Positions 50,141 to 63,391 of a stretch of 64,000 nt of DNA are shown here, piece after piece. The translations under genes and the position numbers were made by a program. The notes under the pieces are model-generated. The model saw only the letters and a program-made list of their open reading frames with translations. It made no database searches and was not told where the DNA came from. The stretch is from Orbicella franksi (lineage: Eukaryota), in NCBI GenBank assembly GCA_964199315.1, contig OZ116702.1, forward strand, positions 32,116,001 through 32,180,000. Reading direction: 5' to 3'. The stretch's first letter is position 1. The number at the start of each line of letters is the position of its first letter.

Positions 50141-53100
50141 TCATCTAATGCGTTTCTTCTTGGCTTTTGATCTGGCCGCTAATAAAAGAAAACAGAAAAC
50201 ACGTGACTGCACAATAAAGGTAACCATTTGTCAATTTCGACGTATTAAAATTAAGCTTAATAGTGAGGCCTAGAGGACACAAACAAAAGAAATGAATAAA
50301 CATGTCATGCAATTCCCCTTCTTTGTGTCTTCTAAGCCTCAATACCAAGCTGAATTTTAAAATATCGAGAATAAACCTCTCACTGAGTCTAGTAACGTGA
50401 CCATATCAATAGGGAGTTTACGAAAACCACGATCGACAAAGGCAACGGGGAAAGTCGCTAAGCAAAAGGTTTAACGAGCAGAACAATGGCTGTGCACCTG
50501 CGTTATAATTCTTGGTACATTTCTTTACCGTCCTCTGCAAAACAACAACGTGAAATGTCCAAAGTCTGCGTTGTTTGGAGAACGTGAACCACGACGGGTA
50601 ATTCTTTAAAATCTTATTTCAAGTTTATCGCCGTGTTGCAGATTCAGTTTCGCCAATGTTGAATGTGAGAAACAAAGTAAACGACTTTAGAGTACAGCCC
50701 ACTTGGAGACTACTGTTTTTAAAGGAGGTCAGTCACGGTATTTTGAGTTATTTTGGCCACATACAAAATTACCTTTCAATGGGAGGAAACCTGAAAATAA
50801 CGGTTTAATAAGATAGAAAAACATCAAAGAGATAATGATAAACCATAAAGGAACAAGGATGGCAAAGGATGGAGAAGATTAACACGGATTACAAACGACG
50901 AATTTGAAAAATTGAGGCTAAACTTTTCAATATGCGCAAACCGTGACTGAGCTCCTTTAAAGTAGGAAATTTAATGGCGGTTGAAAGCTTAGGACTGACT
51001 CACCCTGTCTCCCTCGAAGTCGCTCTCTCTGAAAAATCAAAGACAAGAAACAGTATTGACAATCAACCCACTTAAAACTGACGTTCGCTAAAATTCAGAA
51101 AGATAGTTCATGAAAACAAAAAGTGCAAAACAAAGGAGAAAATTTACTTCGATTTGAAGTGTGCTTACCAATTCGAGAGCTTCCAAAGCCTCACTGATGG
51201 CCTGCTCTAAGCCAATCCTTACCTTCTTCGCTCTAAATAAATAAGACATAAAAATTATAATACGGAGCTAAATTTTCGCGTTTGGACGCAGTGTTTTGTT
51301 TAGTTGGTCGTGATTTTTCAGCCTAGTAAAAGTTCGGAAACTTTTTGGAGTTCTTTTGATCAACATTAGGAGGACTTCAAATTATGCATTGTTCACCGAG
51401 ACTTTCAAATTGGCCTTTTCTCCGGTGTATTCGCCTTACTTGTATTTTTTCTTGCGAGCTTTATCGTCGAGTGTTCTCAGTCCATCAGAGAGTGTTTTGA
51501 GTCTGTCCACTTCAACTTGACTGAATGTATGATCACCAAACCACATCACCCAACGCTGTAATGAAAACAAATCGCATTATTAGTAGCCTGCTCCAGGCGC
51601 GAAGAACGGGTTGAAAAAAACGCGAGGGGCTTGAGGCGAGAAAGGGCGCTTTGTTCTCCGGACCCCTCCCCCCACCTCGTTCTCGCGCTCGCCTCGTTCC
51701 CATTTCGCTCACCCCACAAACCGAGAGCCTGGAAAAGACTACATTATCAGATGTCGGCTGGCAAAGTAGTAGCAACTCTTGAGCAAAAAAAACAAAAAAC
51801 AAATTAGAATTACGGTAAGGGAACCGCAGAGCGTTGACTCCTGAAAACCAGTTCGCGGTAAAAATCCGTTTTATCTAAAATGGAGTAAACACGAGAATCC
51901 CTGAATCCTTAATCAAATCAATTCGACTAATTATAGACAGAAAAATTTCAATGCAAATGGCGAGATTTTGACTTATTTGCAGACTTCAAATAGGGCATTT
52001 TACAGTTGGGTGCTTAGTTATCTGGCCCATGAATGTAAGCAAGGCTGGAGGTGACCTTGCTTTGATACAGACCTCTCTGCTTCGGTCATGTAAATGAATC
52101 TAGTTAGCATTAGAACAACTTGCTTACAAAACAAAAGCAGTGAGGTCTGTATCAAAACAAGGTCACCTCCAGCCTCGCTGCCATTCAAAGGCCAGGTCAC
52201 TGAGCAGACAACTGCAAAATGGAGCGAGACTGGAATATTTAAAATATCCAGGTTTACGGAAATTGACATACCTTTCCGTCATCGGGTCTCGCCTTTCCAA
52301 CCTCGCTTGCATCCACCACTTTACCAGGCCATGAAGGCAGGCCACGGGCCTGCGCCCAAACAATATCACCGATATCAAACTGAGGTCTTGCGATGGACAC
52401 GGGCGGCTGGTTAAGACATTCCTGGTTATTAGCCGTGTTGGATGTTACGGGATTTGTTTTGAGTGGTAGATATGCGCTCTGGTTGACCATTTGCACTAAA
52501 ACGTTGGAAACAAAACCATTGTTATAGATATGGATAAAATATTCTCCGCTTCAGTGACTGGTTGAAGATTATGTTAAGGCAGAGAAACACGAAACAAGAA
52601 TGGCTGAAATTGGGGAAGATTGAGGCGGATTACACAAAGTAACGTACGAACGGCAAGCTGCTTCATTCCTTACCGCGTGCGGGCTCATTTTGACTTGGCG
52701 ACACATCTCCATTATAAAGCGAGTGAGACTGGCGCTTGTTACTGATTGGCTCATTCTCACCGGAGACAGATCGCTCATCTCTGGACTTGGGGTTTCCTGT
52801 AAACAGTGCAAAGGAAACAACATCTATCAAAATTACCAAAGAATCCTGCCACCTTAAACTAGCTTACTTTGAACGAAAGCCTGTTTTTGCTAGGTGCTGT
52901 TGTACAAACGCTCTTTATCAGCCTCTCTCAAACTCCGGGTTTCATGAACTCTACTTAATTCATCGAGCTTCAAAAAGGAAATCATGACCATGACCTTAAT
53001 TAGCATAGATTTTTTACGATTTTATTTCTCCGCTATACTCCGCTATGCGCCGTATTTTCAACTCTCTTCTCGGTGTTGGGAAATGTGGTCAAACACGGTC

Positions 53101-56100
53101 TTTCGTGTTTGATCTATTACGCAATAACGTAGTTTGTGTTCAAGGATGAATACACAAAACACAAATTTGTTGCCTTATCATAGCTAGCTTCGATTATTCT
53201 CTCAGTCAGAGTGCCTGTTTCTATTGGCTCTCACGCGTGCTGATTCACTCCCACCCCACAAATACAATCATTCTAGCATGAATAATTACCTGCTTCCCTT
53301 CAATAATTCTATACCTAAAGGATGTGACACTTTGAGGGATACAGTCTTCTGGTTTTGTCTTATTACAAACCTAACAATTGGAGAGAGACTGCAGTTAACT
53401 CCCTTACCTCTACGTCGGTCATCACTCTCATTACAACTGTTTAAGTTGCTACATTTTTTGCTGTTTGAAATCCCTTCCCCTGACTGGTTGTTTTCAGGGG
53501 AGGATCCCTCGTTTTTTGACACCGCAGGATCATCAATAGAATCTTCCTCGTCATCATCATCATCATCATCATCTCGCTCCGGGCTGCAATATGCTTCTAT
53601 GGCTTCACAAGACCTTTTCAGCCCTAGAAGAGGATTAGTTTCATAATATGCCGACTCATTGTACTTTGTCTTTTTAGTTTGCTCATTGTTATCACTGTAA
53701 GTTCTCTTTAGTGTACAAGCCATTTCAGATGATGTTTTCACCGGATGGCTTTCAACTGCATTAAACGATTGAACACGAGAAGGCATGCTGTCTACACTGC
53801 CTTTATTACTTGCCAGTGGTGAATCACCCTTCGGTGACCCGCGGCATCCAGAAAGCCCCTGGCTGGGCATTGGTAATGGTGAGTTCAGGGGGGACGTTAC
53901 ACTTGCATGTCTAGGTGAATGACTGCTACTTGAGCTTGATGTTCTCAAAGCAGTCGCAGACGATGCACTGACTTCCATACAACTGCTTCTACTGGACGAC
54001 ACAGAAAATGATGCACACGAATTTTGTACACTGCAGCACCCTGAGCTGCTGTTATCTGGGGTGCTGCATCTTCGTTTATTAGTTGCTCCAGGTAAACTCT
54101 TGGTTGCAACCCAAGGTGGCAGGTGATGGGCCGGGCCTGGTACATCCATCTTTTGATTACCATGACTAGCAATGCCATGGCTAGAAGGAGGTGAAAAGGC
54201 ACTTCCAGGGTGGGGGCTAGGGGTGGACAAAGAGTGACCTGTGCCTGTGTGGTTGGTATTGAATGGCATTGTAACATACCCCAGGACAGCACTTGCAGCA
54301 TGGGAATCTGTGTTAGTACCAGCCCCATATTGGTGAGGCGTAGTTGCAGATGTAACAAGACTGCAAGCCGGTGATGGTGAGGACGATGTAACAGAAGGAC
54401 CTGTACTTACACTAGGAGCTGCAAAATTCACAGAAAATGGAAATCGGGGATGGTTGATTTGACCAAATGCGACATATGGCATTGCAGCAACAACAGCTGT
54501 CTGAGGATGGGTGTTAGCTGGTCCAGCGTTACTTGAAGTGGAGGGTTGAGAATTGTATGAGCCAGGTTTTACAGTGTTTATTGGGTATTTGACAGCATAG
54601 TCTCCAAGGTTTAATACCGTCGGTCCCATTTGTCCACTTCCACCTGTTTGTGACTGTATGGCAGTCATTGGCACCATCCTCTGTGCAGCAAATTGTACAG
54701 GGGCATTTGCTGGAACAGTGACCCTTGGCAGAAACGGGGTGTAAGCACTCGCCAAATGAGCCAATGTTTGGGAAAACCTTGGGGATGCAGCAGGAGCGAT
54801 AGGTACAAATGAATCAAAAGCAGCTGCAATGGCAGCATTTTGATTGTTGTAGGAATATGAAGCCACTGGAATAGCAGCAGCGGCCGCAGCAGCTGTTGCT
54901 GATGGAGATGTTGCTGTTGTTGGCACTGGTTGGCCTGACTGGTTTGCCTGGGTTATTGCTGTAGGCATCACAATACCAAGCATGTATGGGTTGGTAGGGT
55001 ACATAGCTTGAGGGACCACCCCTGGAGTATTAGGTGATGCAGCCTTGTTTGCATTAGCTGTGGCAATGAACGTTGCCGGGATGGCCCCCTGGTATAATGC
55101 ACCATGAAGCTGATATGCTCCCTTCAACTGGCTGGAGTCCACATTCATCTGAAATACTTGATTTCCATTTCCTTGAAAGAAGACACCTCCCTGTGCTTGG
55201 GAAGTTGCGATCTGCAGAGATGGTACTTGTGAGGACCCAACTGTATTTTGCACCTGTCCGTAAGCACTCACTGACGATGGTATCTGAGCTGGACTTTGAG
55301 CCACGGAGGCAGCCTGGACAATCTGCTGTTGACTGGTACTACTAGGCATGGAAACTTGACCACAGAGACCACTCGCTGTATTCCCAAGAGAGTATCCTGT
55401 CACTGGTGGCTGAGTTCTGTGAGCTGATACATGCTGTGGTACAGTTGGTGTTGCATGGCTTGTCTTAACACTTGGAGCCAACGCTGCTGCAGCCTGTGTG
55501 ATTTCTTTGCTCACTGCTGACTTACTACGGGCAGCAGCACTACTAACTGGTTGAGTTCCCCTTGTGTGACTGGGTGTGGCATGCACTGTATTAGTACCTG
55601 GTACAGTGGTGCTCGGCGAAGAAACAGCATGCCCCTCTTCCTTCATGACTGGGTCTTTCAGCACACTGTGGAATAATGCGGGTGCTTGTACAGTGGTTGA
55701 GACAAATGGTGTAGGTAGCACTTGAGATGAAGGTTTGCTGGCACTGTTGGCTGTACCTTTCATGGAGGAAGCAACAGCTGCAGTGGTTGCTACAACCTGC
55801 GTTCTTTGAAGAGGACTATCAAGTCCTGCCCTTGTTGCTTCTGATGATACAGCCGGCACTTTTGAAGCAGCAGCTGCTTTGAGAGTGGCTGCAACAGTTT
55901 TCCTGGGTCCATAAGACTTTGTTGGTTTGCTGTGGCGAGGTGCAGCCGCTTTAGGGCTCATTTTGACACTCGGAAGCTTGCCTACATTGGCAACTGACCT
56001 CACATCTTGCTTTGTGATTGGGATTGTTGTAATACTTGTCGACACTACTGATGTTGTAGAACTTGAAACACTTATTGTCTCCTTGATAGGGTCATTCTTG

Positions 56101-59100
56101 CTTGGTGCTGAAGTGGTCAATGAATCACTTGTTGTGCAGACACTTGATGTACTTGGACATTTTGTAAAAGTACCTCCTGGTGGATTTTTTGATGGTAAAG
56201 TCACTGAAATCATTGCTGTAGGCTGTAAGCTGACAGTTGCTGTGCTTGTAACAGAAGCTGTAGGTTTTGAAGCCTCTGTCACTACCTGCCCTGTAGATGC
56301 TAGGCTATTAAAAGAAGCTGACGAACTAACAGCAATGGTGCTTGTGACAGTGATTGTCTTTGATAACTGTGATGTTGTTGCCGTTGAAGGAGAGCTGTTT
56401 ACTGCACTTGTTACAGTGCTACTTGTCAACAAAGTGCTCCCTAGACCTGCTCCAGGGTTAAAGAGTTTAGAACTGCTAACAATAGTCGCAAAACTTGGTA
56501 GTGGCCCCTGTTCAACAGCAATGTTGGTTGGTACACTCTGTACAGGACTGTTGACGATGGAGCTTGGTACAGGCAATGGGATGTTGTGAAGAGGGGACGT
56601 TGGCCGGTCAACATCAGGTTTCCGAACACTAACCCTCCGTGACTTGGCCAAGGGATTTCGTGGTCTTCCTGGGCCTGAGAAATAACCACCCAAAAACAAG
56701 TTTTAGCACTTGTCTTATGTTTTAGTTCTTCTATCTAAAAATCAAACTCCTAGTTGATAGCCTTTAAGATTGTGGATAAAACTCTGTTGGTGATGAAGAA
56801 AAGACACAGAATTGAAATAGGACTGAATTTGAAACAGTGGGATAATCATAACATTTAAACAGTCTGTTTGTGCTTGGTACGATTGTTTTGCTAGGTAAAG
56901 TTCAGCAAAATGCAGGGGTTTCTTTAACATTCAGGAGGGTAACTGGTTTTCACAGGTGGATAAAACTATTTGAACTAAACTTGTTTGTAAGAAAAAGGTA
57001 CCGCTAGATGGTCAACACAGGCAGGCAAAATCATCCTCACAGCTGGTCAATTTGCCTGGTGCCCGGCCCTTAATGAAAGAGGGACGGCAGAGCTTGGTGG
57101 GGGGAGGGGGAGGGGGGGGGGGGGGAGAAGACCACTTTCCCCCAATTTCAAACAAAAAATGCATGAAATAATAATTTTACAAGTATCTCCACACCCACTA
57201 AAAGTTAGCGCCTCTGGTGCTCGCTTGTAAGGTCCCCCCCAGTTCAAAATATGCTCCACCATCCCCATGGAACCCCTGAAAATGTAGTAAAATTACTAAC
57301 AGTACCTCTTTTTTGGGCCAGTGTTGAAAATGGCGGCAATTTGACATCATTAGGTTGCTTTACCGCAATCTCTGATGGCTGCTGAACGTCTAAATAGTCT
57401 AAAGTGTAGTGTTTGCATCCTGATTGTGAAGGTTCTTGCCTGCTGTTGACTGGAATTAACTTGCTTGGTATTCTTGCATCAAAGTTGAACACTTTGTAAA
57501 TAAAGAGGGGGCATTCCAGCCCACATTTACATGTCCCCTCAGTCTTGAGATACTCAATCACATGATCCAGCGACCTTAGTCGACTGTTGTTTGGGCTGAG
57601 GAACAATGGATATCTTTGAGCAATGCTGTATACTTAACACCTTAATATAAGGTGGCTATGCCCTGGATGGTACAGTTCAAGCAATAACTTTAAAATGTTA
57701 TTGTTGGTTTATTTCAGTCAATTCCAATTTTCCTCCCACAAAGCTGTCCTCCTTCCTATGAGTTTACTGTGATACCCTTGATGTTTTTCTACCTTCGTAA
57801 TCTATTATTCTGAGGTTTTCTTTGACTTTCAAGACAATTTTTGGTGACTTAGGTCATGTCACAGAGAAAATGCACACACTTCACAAACATAACAGGTACA
57901 CATTTCTACACCAGGATGGCAAATTACTTCAGAAGCTGGAAAAACACTGAAGAAAGCTTATAAAGTGCTTGCCTTACGCATATCATGTTCAAACTTCTTT
58001 TGCATTATTCTTACACCCTACAGCCAGTGATTGTGACTGAAATGATATCCAAAATAACAATTATGTTAATTCAAGTGAAACATTGTAGCCAAGTTTCAAA
58101 TTTTTTTGTGTGAAGGATTCTCCTGACAACAAAGTCTTGACTTAACATGTCAAATCTTTCTGACATGTAGATGTCTTGTTACAGTTGTGTTACTTGTCAC
58201 GACAAAATGTCAGTCTTCACACAGACAAAAATTGAGACATTTTTTCTGGATTTCCAAAGGGCTTGACTTGAGTTCTTTGCATCTTCATAACAACAATTTT
58301 GCCAAAAATCGATCCACAAACCTGTTTTGCAACTTTTAATCTCTCAATAGAATAAGCACTGTGAGCTACTTTGTGGTATAATCCCTTCTCTCCTAAAAGA
58401 TCCTTTTTGCTGTTTTGCTTTCTGTGGCGGGAATTTAAACAAATTTCTCAAGTTTAAGTCAGAGGGGGCTTGTAAAAGAAGTATTTGTTTTATATTTCTG
58501 CTGGATGAAAACGTACAATTTCATACGAAACAAAGTTTCCATTCTTGTCTTCAATATTATGAAAAAAGGTTTCTTTTGGAAACATCGCATAAACGCTTTT
58601 AGTAAAATGCTAATAAGTTTATGGCTGGAGTGGAATCGAGAAACCTTACATGTATAGAAAAGAAAATTGACATCGAACAAAATTTCCGTGAAAAGAAATA
58701 AAACTTCCAAATGTACGGAAAAAAAGGTGCCGCAGAATCGCTTTGTAAAAATTAATTCTTCACTGTCTAAGGCTATGGATTACTTTTTACGTTTCACGCT
58801 ATAAAATACTTCAATTTAATTTGTTTATCGTGCCCCGACCGAGCGTCGCCAAAATGTAACAACAATACCCGTGCTTTCTTACATTGACAATGTTATTTCC
58901 GAGTAGCAAAACGGGTTAAGTTTTTGACACTTTCCACTCGAAGTAAACCTTTTCTTAAGGCACTCAGCAACACCAAATATAAGTTAAATTCGCCATGCTG
59001 GCTTACCTGATGTATAAAATGGCACCATTTTCAAGTATTCGGCTCCAACCTCGTGGAATTTCAATGCACTTGGGCCCATTAATAGCTTGTTCGCTGGCGC

Positions 59101-59113
59101 TTGTTTCACTCAT
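50141..59113 (-). CDS. MBD5: Methyl-CpG-binding domain protein 5/6 ortholog (MBD + PWWP), about 1417 aa
   Basis: complement(join(50141..50178,51004..51028,51169..51232,51440..51555,52272..52495,52674..52796,53408..56674,57306..57595,59007..59113)); all junctions GT-AG and phase-consistent, 4254 nt. MBD: IPRGWSRILENGAILYISP..YLKTEGTCKCGLECPL..KVFNFD. PWWP: FDIGDIVWAQARGLPSWPGKVV..WVMWFGDHTFSQVE..LKTLSDGL..LEQAISEAL. Basic tail KAKKKRIR. The last two exons are less certain. Confidence 0.92.
50723..50956. mobile_element. 234-bp MITE with TTAA TSD and AG termini (Kolobok-like) in an MBD5 intron
   Basis: ttaa|aggaggtcagtcacgg ... ccgtgactgagctcct|ttaa. Confidence 0.8.
52042..52175. mobile_element. 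Palindromic repeat element in an MBD5 intron
   Basis: aggctggaggtgaccttgctttgatacagacctc pairs with gaggtctgtatcaaaacaaggtcacctccagcct. Confidence 0.7.
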
Positions 59114-59738
59114 GATAATCCATGAACAGTTGTTATCTTCTTAATCGAGCGTAGAAGCAAAGGCTCGAAGAATCTCACAACGTGACATAGAACGAACAAT
59201 AGAATCGACCGTGGCGGACATCCATGCGACGATAAGTGAATTCAAACACAGCTATTACGCGACGGCCGATACCAATTCACACGCTCACTTTGACCATCTG
59301 CGGCGCATAATTTCCCGAAAGAGAGATATCAGGAACTCTTTTAAGTCACTACACCGGCAAAGCTCTTGAAATGTGATGTAAAGATGCTTATATTTACATG
59401 TGAAAAGACACAGTTCTCCGCTAGAAATAGACCGCCATGTTGGAAATGCGTGTCGCATTCTATTTTCGAGGAAGTCGCCCGCTGAAAAATTGTCTAAAAA
59501 CGCTGGCTCGTATTACTACGTGTACTGTAGCTCTGTGTATGTCTTTTTGTTTTGGTTGTTAGAAATGTTACATCATGCAGTGGCGCGCTAATACAAGTTC
59601 TGGGACGTAAATCGAATGGGTTTCTTTTCGTAGGTAATTGAGGCACAAAATGTCAATCTCAACATGGACCACAGGCTACCCAATCTCACTTCCAACAAGC
59701 GTGTGGTAAATTTCTTAAATTTTTTTTGGTGCCAAATA

Positions 59739-59895
59739 ATAGACCAATTTCGATATATTAAAATTCAGCCTAAAACAATAGACCTCGGTACAAGACTCTA
59801 GCGAATAATTACAGTGTTTGTGGGGTTTATTCCCCAGACCTCGTGCTAAGGTCTATTGTGTTAGGCTGAATTTTAATATATCGAAATTGGTCTAT
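59739..59895. mobile_element. 157-bp MITE with long TIRs and TA flanks
   Basis: ta|atagaccaatttcgatatattaaaattcagcctaa ... ttaggctgaattttaatatatcgaaattggtctat|ta. Confidence 0.85.
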
Positions 59896-61396
59896 TACTG
59901 AAGCCTTCCATAATTTTCCATGAGGACTAGTGAAAATAAGTCTGTCCACAGAGGTTCATTTTCTTCTTGAAATCTTGGTATTCCCTTCTGATTTTCTCAG
60001 TAATTCCATTCATATTTTCTTAGTCATTCCTTTCTGATATTCTTGTAAGTGAGCAAGCACAATTAACCAACCATGGGTGATAAGCCGTGATAGCTAAGTC
60101 TGTTTTGTCTTGACCCATTCTCTTCCCCAGCCCCATGCATTCATTCTTCCACAAATCCTCTGCTGTTTATTATATTTTGCTGGTGTGCTTTAGAAGAATA
60201 GTACACAAATTAGCCTGTCCATTCAGATGCTTTCTAAATACCAGTAGTGATTTCATTGCCTGGACCCCCTAAGCTCCACCTTTCAAGTTAAAGAGTGAAG
60301 GTTCAGAGCAATGGGCCAACAAAAAATCTCAGCCACATTGCCACAGCATTTTCATTCACCAAAATTTCCACAAGTTAACGTTTCTTATACTCAAATAGAA
60401 ACATGCAAAACGTTTTCTACTCCTTTGAAAATGGTTGAAAGCCCAAGAACTATTACAGTTCCCTTGCTGTATATGCAAATTTACATCATCACACCCCACC
60501 TTCATTCATCACACAAATATAATTACTTTATTTTCATTCTATTTTTTAATTGCATAAACTAATATACACCTTTCCTTACAAGAATAAAACAAGTTTGTTT
60601 TTCTTATTTACAATTTTACCAATAAAATATTCTCGACTGTGTATATAGTGTACTGATAACATATTTCCAATAAATATTGGAAAATATCTACAGTAGAGTT
60701 TTGGTCACAGCTACATGTACTTCTTTCCTTTTTAGGTAATTTTAATTTTTAAAGATATTCTTACCCTGCTAGCAGAGCTACCTTAATCTTTCCTAGGAAA
60801 GATTGAAACGGCTCTACATGCTAGCAGTGCTAAGTACCCTAACCTTAGAAAACACGACTGATTTACCTCTACCTTTAATACAACTTAAATATTACTCTTC
60901 TTTTCTCTGATGCTGCACTGGAAACAAGCTGAGTTAATTTCAACACTGAGAGATCTTGAATAAATGTGTACAATTTACTCCTGACTTCTAAAGCTTACCT
61001 TACATTATCACCCCCACCTGTAATGCCATGCAATTAAATTGCTATAGATGGGGCTGTGCTCTAGAAGTGCCCTGGTGTCACAAGTGACTAACTTTTGCTT
61101 TTGGGTGACTGGAAAAACTTACATTTTTCATATAACATTAAGTGCTGGGTACCCAGGATTTCATGGTTGGGGAACTTTGGGCTCCTTACAATTTTCTTAG
61201 ACCACAACCTTGATAGAGGACACTGGAGTGCAATACACCGCCCACTGGCATTACAAAACGACTTAATTAAGTCCCTCTCTCCACACCATTCATTGTATCC
61301 ATTCTATTCCTATGAAGTTTCTACAAAGTTGTAAAAATATCATTCTCTTCTTTGATTGTGGAGACTTGAATAGAACTTATTCTTGCATTTCCCAGA

Positions 61397-63391
61397 TCAG
61401 ATGTCATAAATTTCAGCAATCCTTGCTACACCCTTGTTGACTGGCGTTAAACATGCATGGGCCATTACAAAACAGGCAAATGGAGCTGAAAACAACAACA
61501 AAAAAATCACTGTTAAAAGTTAAAACAAAGGTGACCATAATAAACATACAGTTAATCAATAGTAGTATATTCTTAAGGTGGGTCTTCCTACAGTGAGGTA
61601 CTTGAAAGCAACCAGTATACACATGTACATTCTATTTTTTTAAAAAATTGCTCTTGGTTGGAAAGTTTCCAAACAAAGAATCTTTTATTTTTTCTTGATC
61701 CAAAATGATCAATGTATAAGTTATCCTTCACATTTAATCTTTTGCTTCAATTTATGATGGTAAATGGTATGGGAAAAGGAAGTAAAAATCAAACTGCCTG
61801 AAAAATTTAAAGAAAAACAAAACAAAATCAGAACTTAAACAGATCAAATGGTTGAGGATATCTTACCAATGTAAAATATAAAAGGGACAGCGGTGGGAAA
61901 TAATCCATAGAAGGGAAGCTCAAGCATGATCAGTGCTGTTAACTGTTCTGAAAGGGATAGCTTCCGTCCTGAAAGACAAATCAACGACAGTTATTGTCTC
62001 AAATATCTTTAAACGGATTCTTCACAAACTTAAAGGGCTAATATTTCCATGTACCGTAGCTGCTCATTTATGGCTTGTTATTATCTTACAGTGCAATATG
62101 CTTAGGTTAAAGGATTTACTGTTGTCATGTTTGTTTTCTTAAAAATCATTCTAACTTTTTAGCCATGGTGGCAAAAATAAAGACCCCTCCAATTTTTGTA
62201 CCTCCTTTAAATTATAAAAAAATATTTACAAGTTGTGGACTGAACATTAACATTGCCTCCTTTCAGGATGAAGAATTAAGAGATCTTATGTTCCTTTTCA
62301 CAATACTCGTTCATCTTTCAGGCCATTAGGTACACAAGAGTGAAAAGACTTGAATAAAAACAAAGCAAGCATTTGGTTAAGTGTACATTTGCCAAGGCCA
62401 ATCCATAGTGGCCTCTGACCTGTGTTCTCTTCAAATATGACAAACTATGGCTAGGGTGGTAAACTGCAAACTCCAGCCACAATGTACTATAAAGTAAAGC
62501 AATCTATTTACTTAGTAAATTCGAAAATGCTTCCACATTTTCTCAGTTAAAATCTTGTGAGCTAAAACCACATAATTTTTTTTTTATTTTACTTTGACTT
62601 GCTCTTAGGTGTACTGAGTTGCCCTTTATCTTCAGGGAAGTAACTTACCCATTTTAATTTTAAACTTACCCAACAACTCAATGGGGCAACATCCAATGAC
62701 ATTCAGCACATAGATTAGAATGACTGTAACGCATGTCCACAGCACACAAAAGTTTAAGTCTGCAGAGTCAATCCTGCAAATAGCCAAAGCCTGGAAATCA
62801 AGTTTTTGATAGCAGAGGGCATTTTATCTGATAACATGCTAAAAACACCTGAAAAAAATTAGACTACCAGCAGTCTCTCTTTTGTTTGAAAATTCATAAG
62901 AAAAAGAACACAAGAAAGAACCACATTCACAGTCACACTCGCATACTCACTTGTTCTGCATTTCTCCCACCAATTTTCGAGCAAAAGAGAGAATGCTTGC
63001 AGTCTATAAAAAATACTCACATCACCAGTGAAACAACAACGAGGATAAGTAGCAACCATACATAGTTCAACTGATAGTATGTCATGTTGTGGCCAAAATT
63101 TTCAGCAGAAATACTCCACTGGTTTCTCCAACACAGACTAAAGAATCTTTTCCAGGGGCGTGTAATAAGTGGAAAAAGAAACTGGAAGCTATTAACAGTG
63201 TGTGTTGGAGATTCTTTCTCTTTGTATGGTGGAGGATCGTCAAATTCCACATTGTCTGTTGTTTTATTGGAAGTCTCACTGATGTCTTTCTTCTGTGGAT
63301 CATGGCAGCTGTTCACATCTTGAGCCATTTCATATATTGGAGGAGGTCCAAGGGGAAAGTCGTTTGTATTTGCCAACATTGTGTGTAGCAT
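61397..63391 (-). CDS. PRA1 (prenylated Rab acceptor 1) family membrane protein, about 221 aa
   Basis: complement(join(61397..61485,61867..61968,62670..62773,63021..63391)); phases 2,1,1 consistent, 666 nt. PRA1 signatures RPWKRFF, NMTYYQLNY, hydrophobic hairpin, PIELLGRKLSLSEQ, second hairpin ending VMAHACL. Start could be 63391 or 63379. Confidence 0.82.
62860..63006. mobile_element. Short MITE in PRA1 intron 1, 14 nt from the donor site
   Basis: tagactaccagcagtctctcttt pairs with aaagagagaatgcttgcagtcta. Confidence 0.65.

Noticed and set aside
55927-56589. Long plus-strand ORF (also 53224-53646, 55073-55345 and alternate-frame 53945-54358)
   Set aside because: Shadows of the low-complexity MBD5 exon, whose codon bias suppresses stops in other frames.
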